A DNA stretch of 64,000 nucleotides, from the NCBI GenBank assembly GCA_963841435.1, contig CAWJCS010000002.1, positions 288,001 through 352,000 of the forward strand, in the 5' to 3' direction. This DNA comes from an uncultured delta proteobacterium. Lineage in GTDB: Bacteria; Myxococcota_A; Polyangia; Polyangiales; Polyangiaceae. The notes beneath the pieces are model-generated. The model was given only the letters and a program-made list of their open reading frames with translations, was not told the DNA's origin and did not search any database. Of this stretch, positions 30,729 to 40,808 are shown piece after piece; the first letter of the stretch is position 1, and the number at the start of each line of letters is the position of its first letter. The translations under genes were made by a program, and so were the position numbers.

Positions 30729-33086
30729 CTAGCGCGGCGTGGCGTACACGCGCGCCTCGTGAACCTTGAACCCATGGCCTGGCAACGGCTGCTCGACCGT
30801 GACGCGCAGGCGGTCGGCGAGCTCCGGCTCGGGCAACACGACGCGCCACACGAACGTTTTCGGTGCGTAGACTTGCTCGTGAAAGACGCGAAGACGCGGT
30901 TGTTCGACCACCGTGCGCAGCGGTTCCGTGCCGCGAGCGACCTGAACCTCGAACGACAGCGGCACGTCGTTCAGGTGTTGGCGATTCTCGAACTCCAGGG
31001 CCACGATCTGGCGAGGCTCCAGCAGGTCGAGCTCGAAGAATTGCCCCGTCGCCTGGACGTCGGGTCCGGGCCAGTGCGTGTCCGGATTGTCGTCGAGGCT
31101 CTTGTGTGCGTAGCGTGACTTCTGGCTACCGCGTGCCCTGAGCTGCTCCCTTTCGACGAGCATTGCACCGGGCGGCACGGCCGGCACGCGGACGAGGCTC
31201 AGTGTGGGATCGCGGGAGGGCAGCAGGGTGAACACGTAGTCGTCACCGGTGCGAAAGGCGCGCCGATAGTGCTCGGGTAGGGCGGCGAGCCGCTCGGGCA
31301 GGTCGCGGCGAGTCAGGTCCAGATCGCCGGCGTGGATCACGAGGTGGCGGGCGCCGAGGGCCTCGAGCACGCGACGCGCACCGTCATCCGGGACGAAGCG
31401 CGACACGCGCTCCACCATGTCGGTCACGGGCAGGACGTAGCTCGATTGCCCGTTCAGTGAGCGATGCTTGTGGAGCACCATCAGGTAGTTGTGAAGCGCT
31501 CGCCCCGCGTCGCCACGAAAGCGCTCGACCCCGTCATCCTGCGGGATCGCCGCGACCAGATCCTCGTCCGGCAGCGTGGACACGAATCGATAAACCTCCG
31601 GGACGGTCGGGGCTGCCCAGATCGCGCGCACCGGGTGCGGAAAGCTGCGCAGCTCGTAGAACGTGGCAGAGAGCAGCACGGCCAACACGAGCCCCCGGTC
31701 ACGCGCTGTTTTCGTCCGCGACAACAGCCAAGCGCTGCCGAAGCTCGCCAAGACGACGAAGGCGAACGTCGTCATCACCGCCTGTCTCGACACCTTGCGA
31801 ATGCCGTCGAAGCCGGGGAAGTAGCGGTAGAAATAGTAGTACAGGCCGCGCACGGGCGAGCCCAACCCGTCGAACGGTGAAAGGCCGAGAAAGAGGGCGG
31901 TCGAGAGCAGTAGCAATCCGAGATAGAGACCGGGCTGACCGGCAAAGGGGAATGGCTGACGGGCGCGAAGCTGCCAGGCGATGCCGAGCGCGGCCACGAG
32001 GGCACCGGCGAGCATGCTGTGGAACAGCAAGGTTGCCACGATGATCAGACCCGCGATCGACAACCAGCGGCCGAGCACGATGCCGGCGGCGCGCGGACTT
32101 CTGCGGCGCAGCACTCGCACGAGCGGGACGCCCAACGACAAGAGGGCCAGCAGAAGCACGACGAACCCCGGGAACGCGATCTCCTCGTGGGCGCCCTGAA
32201 CCTGCCCACGATGGTGCAGCGCCCCGAGGCTCAGGTTCGTTTCGGGCACGTTCGTGAAGAAGGCGAGCTTGCCGTCATAGCTCGAAGCGAACGCGGGGCT
32301 GCGCTCGAGAGCGAACGCGCCGCGCACCGCGAAGTAGGGCCGCACCATCAGGAGCGCCACCAGCGCCGAAAAGGCTCCGCCCGCTGCCAGCCAAAGGAGC
32401 AGTCTGCGCGATGGGCGCTTTCGGACGATGAGAATCCCTCCGACCAGCGCGAGCAGGGGGATCAGGAACATCGCGTAGTAAAGACAGGTGCCGACCTGCA
32501 TCAGGTACGCGAGCCAAAGCCCGACCACATCGCGCGACCTGCCTTGCTCGATCGAACGGTGCAGCATCAGTAGGCTGGCGGGAATCCACTGCGTTGCCAC
32601 GAGCTGAATGCGCCCGAGCTCGAACATGACGTACGGACAAAATGCAAAGGCAACCCCTGCGATCACGCCCGCATGGGCGCTGCCCGTCAGTCTCCGTACC
32701 AAGAGGAACGTGAAGAACGCAGACAGCGAAAGCGAGGCGAGCAGCGTCAGGTTGTAGGCCCACAGGGGACTATCGGTGAGGAGATAGAACGGGGCGAAGA
32801 TCAGCGATAGCCCGAACAGGTTCTCGTTGAAGACGATCGAGCTCGGCAGCGGCGCGAAGAAGTAGTCGTCGTAGAGCGACAGGGGACCACGCCCCATCAG
32901 CGCATCGACCCGACCGCCCAGGATCATCGTGTTGGTGTAGGCGTCCCAGTAGTAGATGGCGTCGAGGACGTGATCCTTCGCCTCGGGCAAGAGCGGCCAG
33001 GTCATCAGCACTGCGGCGGCGATGGCGGCGACGGCCGCTCCCAGGGTGCCCAAGCTCGCTAGCCGGGGGGTTTCTGCTCCAGCCAT
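30729..33086 (-). CDS. multi-pass membrane protein, YfhO/GT-C-like, with a C-terminal discoidin (F5/8 type C)-like domain
   Basis: Many TM segments. YWDAYTN, FAFCPY, FPGFDGIRKVSR, LNGQSSY. C-terminal LDDNPDTHW...FFELDL. Confidence 0.65.
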   Translation of the reverse strand: MAGAETPRLASLGTLGAAVAAIAAAVLMTWPLLPEAKDHVLDAIYYWDAYTNTMILGGRVDALMGRGPLSLYDDYFFAPLPSSIVFNENLFGLSLIFAPFYLLTDSPLWAYNLTLLASLSLSAFFTFLLVRRLTGSAHAGVIAGVAFAFCPYVMFELGRIQLVATQWIPASLLMLHRSIEQGRSRDVVGLWLAYLMQVGTCLYYAMFLIPLLALVGGILIVRKRPSRRLLLWLAAGGAFSALVALLMVRPYFAVRGAFALERSPAFASSYDGKLAFFTNVPETNLSLGALHHRGQVQGAHEEIAFPGFVVLLLALLSLGVPLVRVLRRRSPRAAGIVLGRWLSIAGLIIVATLLFHSMLAGALVAALGIAWQLRARQPFPFAGQPGLYLGLLLLSTALFLGLSPFDGLGSPVRGLYYYFYRYFPGFDGIRKVSRQAVMTTFAFVVLASFGSAWLLSRTKTARDRGLVLAVLLSATFYELRSFPHPVRAIWAAPTVPEVYRFVSTLPDEDLVAAIPQDDGVERFRGDAGRALHNYLMVLHKHRSLNGQSSYVLPVTDMVERVSRFVPDDGARRVLEALGARHLVIHAGDLDLTRRDLPERLAALPEHYRRAFRTGDDYVFTLLPSRDPTLSLVRVPAVPPGAMLVEREQLRARGSQKSRYAHKSLDDNPDTHWPGPDVQATGQFFELDLLEPRQIVALEFENRQHLNDVPLSFEVQVARGTEPLRTVVEQPRLRVFHEQVYAPKTFVWRVVLPEPELADRLRVTVEQPLPGHGFKVHEARVYATPR

Positions 33087-33127
33087 TTCCCTGGACGACC
33101 TAGGCGTGTGTTGTGTAGTGCGCAGAC

Positions 33128-33838
33128 ATGAAGGACTCGCCGGTCAAGGTATCCGTGGTGATCCCGACCTACAACGAGGAAGCGACCATCGGCAGGGTGC
33201 TCGAGGCCGTTCGCGCGGCGCACGTCCAGGGGGTGACGTTCGAAGTCGTCGTGGTGGACGATGGCTCGAGCGACGGCACCCGCGCGCTGTGCAAGGGAGA
33301 ACTAGCGAGTCAGATCGACCGGTTCGTGGAGCAACCGATGAATCGGGGCAAGGGCGCCGCCCTGAGAAGCGGCATCGCCGAGGCCACGGGAGATATCATC
33401 CTGATCCAGGATGCCGATCTCGAATACACCCCCAAAGAGTACCCCAAGCTGCTTGCTCCGATCCTGAGCGGCAAGGCCGACGTCGTGCTCGGCTCGCGGT
33501 TCGCCGGGTCCGAAGAGCACCGCGTGGTGTACTTCTGGCATATGGTCGGCAATCGCTTCCTGACCTTGTTGTCGAACGTCATGACCGATCTCAACCTCAC
33601 CGACATGGAGTGCGGGTACAAGGTGTTCCGAGCCGACGTACTCAAGGACATCGCGCTGACCGAGAACGGCTTTGGCTTCGAGCCGGAGGTCATCGCCAAG
33701 GTGGCGAAGAAGAAGTGCCGGATCTACGAAGTGGGCGTCTCGTATCACGGGCGCACCTACGCTGAAGGCAAGAAGGTGGGCCTCAAGGATGGCTTCTGCG
33801 CGATCTACGCCATCGCCAAGCACAACCTCCTCGGCTAG
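33128..33838 (+). CDS. GT2 polyprenol-phosphate glycosyltransferase (DPM1/Ppm1-like)
   Basis: [52 protein letters not shown]. Confidence 0.9.
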   Translation: MKDSPVKVSVVIPTYNEEATIGRVLEAVRAAHVQGVTFEVVVVDDGSSDGTRALCKGELASQIDRFVEQPMNRGKGAALRSGIAEATGDIILIQDADLEYTPKEYPKLLAPILSGKADVVLGSRFAGSEEHRVVYFWHMVGNRFLTLLSNVMTDLNLTDMECGYKVFRADVLKDIALTENGFGFEPEVIAKVAKKKCRIYEVGVSYHGRTYAEGKKVGLKDGFCAIYAIAKHNLLG

Positions 33839-34100
33839 CAGTGCCGTGCGCGGCGCCGACGCATTGGGCGAAGGCCGCGACCGCCGCGGTGGGACGATTC
33901 TCGAGCGCCGCGGCCGACAACCCGTCACAGTGAGGACGGAACACTTCTCTCCGGGCGGCTCGCGAGTCCGAGGTTGGCCCGCCAAGCGTGTGGTTGGCAG
34001 AAGTGAGAAGTGCTTGGCTGCCTCCTTCTGTATGTTGTGACGTACCCTTTGTCGTCGGGCCGCCACCTGGGCCACGGTCGTTCTGCTACTCGGAGTGCCA

Positions 34101-35391
34101 ATGCCGAAACTGGTCCGCTTCAGCGCTTATTTCGCGTTCCATGCTCGTGCTCGCACACTGCGGGTTGACGGCCCCTTCCGATGACGACGACTCGAGTGGG
34201 GCAACGAGCGGGGGGAGCGCGGGCGCGTCGGCGACCGGCGGCAGCTCGGCGACCGGCGGCGTGAGCGCAACCGGTGGCGCGGGTGGCGCGGGCGGCACGG
34301 GCGGTGCGACGGGCGGGTCAGGTGGCAACGTGGGTGGAACCGGCGGCGTGACGGGTGGAACCGGTGGCACATCGGGTGGCGCCGGGGGCGTCGGCGGTAC
34401 CGCTGGCGTCACGGGCGGCGTCGGCGGGACCACGGGCGGCGCTGCGGGCGTCGGGGGCGCTCAGGGCGGCTTCGGCGGCACGGCCGGATCGGGGGGCTCC
34501 ATCGTTACCGGCGGTATGGGCGGCACGGCCGGGTCGTCGGGCGGCGCGGGCGGTGCGGGTACGGCCGGTATGGGGCCGATCGTCAACATGAACGGTGTGC
34601 CGCTCGCGAAGCCGGGCGATCAGAAGACGGGCTCGCGCGAGTACCTGAATCTCGGCGACATGCGCCTGCTCAACAACAAGTGGGGCTCGGACGAGCTCGG
34701 CTGCAACACGACGATGCGCGTCTTCGCCAACACCGACAAATCGCTCGGCTGGGACTTCAACCGCGGCACCTGCGGCGGGGCGAACGCCAAGCCCGACTAC
34801 CCGGAGATCGAGTTCGGCGTGCATCCGTTCGGTGCCGGCAACAGCCTCGCGACCTCGCCGGACTTCTCGTTAACGCTGCTCTTGCCCAAGCAGATGAAGG
34901 ACATCACGTCGGCGAGCGTGACCATCGACAACCTCGTGATCAATCTCCAGGGCCAGCAGTCCTGGAACCTCAACTTCGAGTTCTGGCTGAGCCAGGGGAA
35001 CCCGCTCGAGGCGAATCCCGGCGTGCACGCCGAGCTCATCACGTTCTGGGGGTGGCAGGATGGCCGCTGGCCCTGCGACAAGACCGGTAACGTGAACGCC
35101 GGCGACAAGGGCTACCACCTCTGCCACCAGGACGACAATTGGGCGAGCGGCCAGTGGCGCTACTTCCAGTTCTGGGTCGACAACGGCCCGAACCGGAGCT
35201 TCTCCGGCAAGGTCAACGTGAAGGCCCTCATGGAGTGGCTCGTGAACAACTACGGCTACTCGAGGGACCTCTGGGTTACCCGCTTCGAGGTCGGCACGGA
35301 GATCGACGACAACACGAGCGGCACCGCCACGATCAAGAACATCACGTTCGAGGTGAACGGCACCTCGAAGTCTCCGCAGTTCGCGCAGTGA
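34101..35391 (+). CDS. GH12-like glucanase lipoprotein (probable +1 frameshift at 34137-34138 in the signal peptide)
   Basis: GGAG + ATG at 34101 gives MPKLVRFSAYFA, which joins SMLVLAHC if one T is removed. Gly stalk, then LNNKWG, YPEI, AELITFW, EVGTEI. Confidence 0.7.
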
Positions 35392-35442
35392 GCCCATCGG
35401 ACACGGGGAGCGCCCGCGACGCGGCGCCCGGGCTCGGCGCGG

Positions 35443-37197
35443 TCACGGTGTGACGCGGAGCGTGGCCCAGCCGTGGGCGGGCACGTCGAACTGGTACAGC
35501 GTGCTGCCGAGCCCTACGGTCGTCGTCTTCGCTGCGTCACCCTTGTTGTAGACCTCGGTGACGATGCTGCCGTCGGGGTTCAGGAAGGCGAGGGCGTCGT
35601 TGCTGCCGCTCGTCTTGATGCGCGTCGCGCCCGGGAACACGTACTGCGAGAAATGCCGGAAGGCGTAGTACGCGGGAGTCACGATCAGCTTCTTCGCTGA
35701 ACGATCCACCGTCAAAAGCGAGTTCTGGGGCCAGTTGTCGAGGCTCTTACCCACGGTGTCGAGCACCATGTTCCAAGCGCTGTACGAGCTCACCCCTGCG
35801 ACAATCCAATCCCGGATGAGCTGCCAGGTCTCCTCACCATAGAGATGATCGTTCTGCGGCTTGTTGGGGTCGTACCGGCTCTGATCCCAGTAGGGCGTCG
35901 AGAAGTTGTAGTTCCCGCACTTGTGCTCCGTCTGCCAGACGGGGGCCTTCGCTGCCAACGTGGCGACCGCGGCTTGCAGGTTCCACTGCACGCCGAAGCC
36001 CTTCACGTAGGCCATGGCTGCAGCGTCGCTGGCGACCGCCTTGGCGATGTTGGTGTCGTCCGGGTCCTTCGACATGGTCCCGCACCAGATCTCGGCCGTG
36101 AGCCCCCGCTCGGCAAACGTCGGCCCCAGGTAGGTCTTCAGGAAGTCGATGAAGAGCGCTTGCGTCCAATGCACCCGCGCATAGCCGGGCTCGTTTTGCG
36201 GGTGAATCGCGACGATCGGGAGACCCTCCTTGGCGTACTCTTCCACGAACCTGGCCATGTACAGGGCATGGGCGCCAAGCGTCTGCGCATCGCTCTTCAT
36301 GTTCGAGCCGCTCATCATCCAGGACGGAACGACCCACGGGCTCGCCCAGAGCTTGATGTCGGGCCTGATCTGTTGGGCCGCCTTGATGAAGGGGATTAGC
36401 TTTTCACGGTCGCGATCGATCGAGAAGTCGTTCATCGCGAAGTCGCCCGCCGTTTCGTCGAGCGTGTACCAGCTCATCGAGTAGTCGCTCGCGCCCATCG
36501 GGAGCCGCCCGTAGACGAAATTGGCGCCGTCGGCCGCGTCGAAGAGGAGCGTCAGCGCCTTCGTCACGTCGGCGGAGCTCAATACCGAGAGGGCATCCCA
36601 ACCCATCTCGTTGAAGCACCCACCGAAACCGGTGAGCACTTGGTACTTGGTGCTCTGGTCGACGGTCACGTCGGCGGTGCCGCCCGCCATCTGCGTCACG
36701 GTGCCCTGCGTGTTGAAATAGTCATTGGGGCCGGACGTGACGAAGTCAGGCAGCGTGGGACCCGCGCCGGCCGCTCCGCCGCCTGCCATACCTGCGCCAC
36801 CGGTCGGTGCACCGCCGCTCATGCCGGCCTGGCCACCGAGTCCGCCGCTCGCGCCACCAGCAGCGCTGCCTGCCGCGCTTCCTGCCATGCCCGCGTCCGA
36901 TCCGCCGGCCGGGCTACCCGCCGCGCCGCCGGCCGGGCTCCCTCCGCCCGCGTTGCCGCTACTGCCGCCGACCGAGCCGCCGCTGCCGCCGCCGCCGCTG
37001 GTGCTGCCGCCGCTGGTGCTACCGCCGCTGCCCCCAAGCGAGCCGCCACTGCTGCCGCCGACGGAGCTGCCGCCCGTGGCGCTCGCTGAGCTCCCGCCGG
37101 ATCCAGCCTGCTCGGAGCTCGAAGATGGCTGCGAGCTGCAAGCAGCGACGCAGAGCGCGAGCGAGATGCCGGTGATCGCCAATGATGCTCTGTTCAT
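35443..37197 (-). CDS. GH30 glycoside hydrolase lipoprotein
   Basis: Lipobox VAAC, Gly stalk, GFGGCFNE, GRLPMGASDY, WASPW, QNEPGY, WQTEHKCG, WNMVLD. Confidence 0.9.
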   Translation of the reverse strand: MNRASLAITGISLALCVAACSSQPSSSSEQAGSGGSSASATGGSSVGGSSGGSLGGSGGSTSGGSTSGGGGSGGSVGGSSGNAGGGSPAGGAAGSPAGGSDAGMAGSAAGSAAGGASGGLGGQAGMSGGAPTGGAGMAGGGAAGAGPTLPDFVTSGPNDYFNTQGTVTQMAGGTADVTVDQSTKYQVLTGFGGCFNEMGWDALSVLSSADVTKALTLLFDAADGANFVYGRLPMGASDYSMSWYTLDETAGDFAMNDFSIDRDREKLIPFIKAAQQIRPDIKLWASPWVVPSWMMSGSNMKSDAQTLGAHALYMARFVEEYAKEGLPIVAIHPQNEPGYARVHWTQALFIDFLKTYLGPTFAERGLTAEIWCGTMSKDPDDTNIAKAVASDAAAMAYVKGFGVQWNLQAAVATLAAKAPVWQTEHKCGNYNFSTPYWDQSRYDPNKPQNDHLYGEETWQLIRDWIVAGVSSYSAWNMVLDTVGKSLDNWPQNSLLTVDRSAKKLIVTPAYYAFRHFSQYVFPGATRIKTSGSNDALAFLNPDGSIVTEVYNKGDAAKTTTVGLGSTLYQFDVPAHGWATLRVTP

Positions 37198-37704
37198 CGC
37201 GCCCTTTGAGCCTTTCGAACGATTTGCGCACCATGGGACTGCCCCGGGACGCGATTTCAGGATACCACGCGGGTGGTTCATGCGATTCGAGATCGGGGAC
37301 CTACCGAATCCGAATCGATCTGGGGGTATCGCGCCCCGCTCACGAACGGCATCGACTCGCCCGTCGAGCCGCGGGGGGTCGTCGCGCCGAGGCTCACTTG
37401 CCCCGAGCAGCATCGGCCCGGCGCCGCACCGAGCGCTGCCGCGAGGAACCCGAGCGCCGCCGTCGTCGTGCGCGGGCAAGTGGCGCGACCGTCGTTGAGG
37501 GGCCGGCGCGTTCGTCGTCGGTGCCCGCGCGAGAGCGCGCCGCAACAGTGCCGAGCGCCGCGCATCCGACTCCGATCCGGGACCGGTCCTCGCCTCTCGG
37601 ACTTCGCAACCCTTCGTCGTCACGCGTTGGTTTGCCGGTTTTGCGTAGCTCTCGGGGGGGACGTGCCCGCTCCCCTGGGGGCGTGGTAGCAAGCGCGCGC
37701 ACCG

Positions 37705-38940
37705 GTGCCCCCGCGAGATTCTTCATTCGTAGCGCTCAGGCACCGAAACTTCCGTCTGCTCTGGCTCGGCCTGTTCGTGTCGATGGCCGGATCGCTGATG
37801 CGGAACGCCGCGATTCTCTGGCACGTTTCGCTGCTCGCGCCGGCGGGGCACAAGGCGCTCGCGCTCGGCGGTGTCGGGCTCGTGCGGGCGGTCGCCATCT
37901 TCGTCTGCTCGCTCGTCGCGGGGGTGGCGGCGGACGCGTTCGACCGACGGCGGCTCTTGCTCGTGACGAACGTCACGCTGCTCGTGATCTCGAGCTTGCT
38001 CGCCACCGTCACGCTCACGGGCACCGACGGGCTCGGCATCCTCTACGTGCTGACGTCGCTCAGCGCCGCGGCGAGCACATTCGACAATCCCGCCCGCAAT
38101 TCGTTCTTTCCTTCGCTCGTGCCGCGCGAGCAACTGCCCAATGCGATTAGCCTAAATAGCATCCTGTTCCAGACCGCCTCGGTGGTTGGTCCCGTGATTG
38201 CCGGCGTCGTCATCGCGAAGACGAACGTCGGCTGGGTCTACGTCGTCGATGTGCTGAGCTTCGTCGTGCTCATCGTGCTCCTCGTGGCGATGCGCGACCT
38301 GCCGCCGCAACGGACCACGGGTCGCGCGGGGCTCACGGTCGGCGCGGCGTGGGAGGGCGTCCGGTTCGTGTTCGGGCGTCCGCTGATTCGGTCGTCGATG
38401 CTGCTCGATTTCTTCGCGACGTTCTTCGCCTCGGCGACGGCGCTATTGCCGATATTCGCGCAGGACGTGCTGCGCGTCGGCGCACACGGCTACGGCGTGC
38501 TGTCGTCGGCGACGGCGGCCGGCGCGGTCGTCACGAGCCTGTTCATGGCGAGGTTCATCGAGCGCATCGAGCGCCGCGGCCTCACGCTCGTCGTCGCGGC
38601 CGTCATCTACGGCCTCGTCACGATTGGCTTCGGACTGTCGCGACTGTTTTGGCTGAGCTTCGCGTGCCTGGTCCTCTCCGGCGCGGCGGACATGGTCAGC
38701 ACGGTGCTGCGCAACGTGATTCGCCAACTCGCGACGCCCGACGAGATGCGGGGCCGCATGACGAGCGTGAACATGATCTTCTTCATGGGTGGCCCGCAGA
38801 TCGGCGAGCTCGAGGCAGGTCTCGTCGCACAGGCGATCGGCCCGCTCGGGTCGGTCGTTTCGGGCGGCATCGGTTGCGTGCTCGCCGTGCTCTTCATCGC
38901 CTGGCGCACACCGGAGCTCGTGCGCTACGGCAGGGAGTGA
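37705..38940 (+). CDS. MFS transporter (EntS/DHA3-like)
   Basis: ALRHRNFRLLW, AGVAADAFDRRR, about 12 TM segments, QLATPDEMRGRM, GGPQIGELEAG. Confidence 0.9.
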   Translation: MPPRDSSFVALRHRNFRLLWLGLFVSMAGSLMRNAAILWHVSLLAPAGHKALALGGVGLVRAVAIFVCSLVAGVAADAFDRRRLLLVTNVTLLVISSLLATVTLTGTDGLGILYVLTSLSAAASTFDNPARNSFFPSLVPREQLPNAISLNSILFQTASVVGPVIAGVVIAKTNVGWVYVVDVLSFVVLIVLLVAMRDLPPQRTTGRAGLTVGAAWEGVRFVFGRPLIRSSMLLDFFATFFASATALLPIFAQDVLRVGAHGYGVLSSATAAGAVVTSLFMARFIERIERRGLTLVVAAVIYGLVTIGFGLSRLFWLSFACLVLSGAADMVSTVLRNVIRQLATPDEMRGRMTSVNMIFFMGGPQIGELEAGLVAQAIGPLGSVVSGGIGCVLAVLFIAWRTPELVRYGRE

Positions 38941-38971
38941 GCGGCCGGTTCGGGTTGCTCTCGAGCTTCGT

Positions 38972-40384
38972 TCAGTAGGGGCGGCCGGGGATGTCGAGCG
39001 GGAGCTCGAAGAGCCCCTTGTTGGTGCCGAGCCCCGTAATGTAGAGCGTCTTCCGGTCCACTCCGCCGAACGCCACGTTCGTGACCTCCTGGACGTCAGG
39101 CACGGTGATGGTGCCCACCTGGGCTCCCTGAGGCGTGTAGACATCGACGTTCGGAGACTTCGATTTGGCCACGTACAGATTGCCGGCGCAGTCGATGACC
39201 ATGCCGTCGCCCCCCGACGCTTGCGTGAAGTTAGCCCCTGCCGTGATGGTTCCGTCGGGCATCACCGGATAGCGCCGCCCGACTTCTGCCGCGACGTAGA
39301 GGTAGTCCTCGGCGAGCGAGAGCGTCACGCCGTTTGGATTGGTGAACATGTCCGGGCTCGCGCCCGATGGGATCGGCTCGGCCGTGTTGCCAGCCGGGGC
39401 CACCCGGTAGACCAAGGTCCGGGCCTGTGGCGGCGGGCTGGGGGACTGGAAGCTGGGATCGGAAAAGTAGAGAGTGCCGTTCGAGTGCAATGCGAGATCG
39501 TTCGGCGAGTCGAAGCGCACGTTCATGTAGGTGCCGACGAGCGTCGTCGCGGCGCCGCCGGGCAGCGTGAAACGCTTGACCGACCCGTCCTTGTGCACGC
39601 ACCCTAAGAGGTTGCCGCTCGGCTCGAGCGCGAGGCCGTTGGTCCCCGAATCCGCAAGCACGATCGTCACCTGACCGCCCGGCACGAACTTGAGGAGCCG
39701 GGCCATCTTGACCTCGCTGCCGAGTTGCGGATACGGCGTGTCGGTCATTTCGGTCATGTAGAGCGCGTCGCCGGTCCACACGGGGCCCTCGATGTTCCCG
39801 AAGCTCGCGTTGTTCATGTTGAACGAGTCGTGCGGTGGCACCGCCGTGATGCGCGTCGGCGTTCCGCCGAGCGTCGGCGTCCCGGTCATTCCCGAAGGGC
39901 AGGCCCAGACACCCCCGCCGGCGCCTGCTGCTCCCGCTCCGCCGGAAAACCCGCCGGCGCCCGCTGCGTCGCCACCCGCTCCGCCGTTCGCACCCGCCAT
40001 GCCGCCGTCGCCGGCACCCGCCGATCCTCCCGCGAGTGCACCCGCCGATCCTCCCGCGCCCGCGCCTGCGCCGGACGCACCGCCCGCGCCGCCGCCGGCA
40101 AGACCAGCCGTGCCGGCGAGCGCGCCGGCTGCGCCGCCGGTGCCCGCCTGAGCCGCGACGCCACCCGCACCGCCGACCGCGCCGCCGCTACCAGCTCCGG
40201 CCCCCAGTCCCGCAACGCCGCCAGCTCCGCCGGTTTCGCCCGTCGTGCCGCCGGCACCGCCGGAGCCGTTTTTTCCTCCGCTTCCGGGTGACGGGTTCGT
40301 GCCGCAGCCTGGCGTGCCCAGCGTGAAGCACAACAGGGAGCTTGCGATCGTGGGAGTCCAGAAGAGACGCGTCGCTAGCCGCAT
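38972..40384 (-). CDS. SMP-30/gluconolactonase family lipoprotein with a Gly stalk
   Basis: Lipobox TPGC. NIEGPVW, GTNGLA, DSPNDL, YFSDP, NPNGV, GDGMVIDCAGNLYV, TNVAFGG. Confidence 0.9.
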   Translation of the reverse strand: MRLATRLFWTPTIASSLLCFTLGTPGCGTNPSPGSGGKNGSGGAGGTTGETGGAGGVAGLGAGAGSGGAVGGAGGVAAQAGTGGAAGALAGTAGLAGGGAGGASGAGAGAGGSAGALAGGSAGAGDGGMAGANGGAGGDAAGAGGFSGGAGAAGAGGGVWACPSGMTGTPTLGGTPTRITAVPPHDSFNMNNASFGNIEGPVWTGDALYMTEMTDTPYPQLGSEVKMARLLKFVPGGQVTIVLADSGTNGLALEPSGNLLGCVHKDGSVKRFTLPGGAATTLVGTYMNVRFDSPNDLALHSNGTLYFSDPSFQSPSPPPQARTLVYRVAPAGNTAEPIPSGASPDMFTNPNGVTLSLAEDYLYVAAEVGRRYPVMPDGTITAGANFTQASGGDGMVIDCAGNLYVAKSKSPNVDVYTPQGAQVGTITVPDVQEVTNVAFGGVDRKTLYITGLGTNKGLFELPLDIPGRPY

Positions 40385-40496
40385 GCGATATCACTTGGCA
40401 TGAAGAATCCGGCCAGAGTCTTTCACGACCTTGGTCGAGCGTCGACGATAGCAGAACTGAAAGGTGCTCGTTCTCGCCCGCTGCGGCTCGATGCTT

Positions 40497-40536
40497 TCCG
40501 CTGACGACGACGCGAATCCGCTGACGACGACGCGAA
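40497..40536. repeat. perfect 20-bp tandem duplication in a divergent intergenic region
   Basis: TCCGCTGACGACGACGCGAA x2. Confidence 0.9.
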
Positions 40537-40808
40537 TCGAGGCGCGAGAGGGCGATTCCCGATCGCGTCCGTCTCGCTCCGTTCCTTCGGGCCCATTGAC
40601 CACGCGTCGCGTTCAACAACGGGCTCGCGGGCCCTCGCCCCAGGATCCGTGCCGTTCGGCTCGCGGCTCCGCGTCTGACGAGAAGAATCCCCCCGGGGTG
40701 CAAGAACGGAGAGCTCTCACCGCGCTCGCGCCTCGCGCTTTTTGAGGTTCGATGCTGCTTCGCGCCACGGACCTGCTAAACCCGGAGGAACCCTCGAGGA
40801 GCGCTGCC

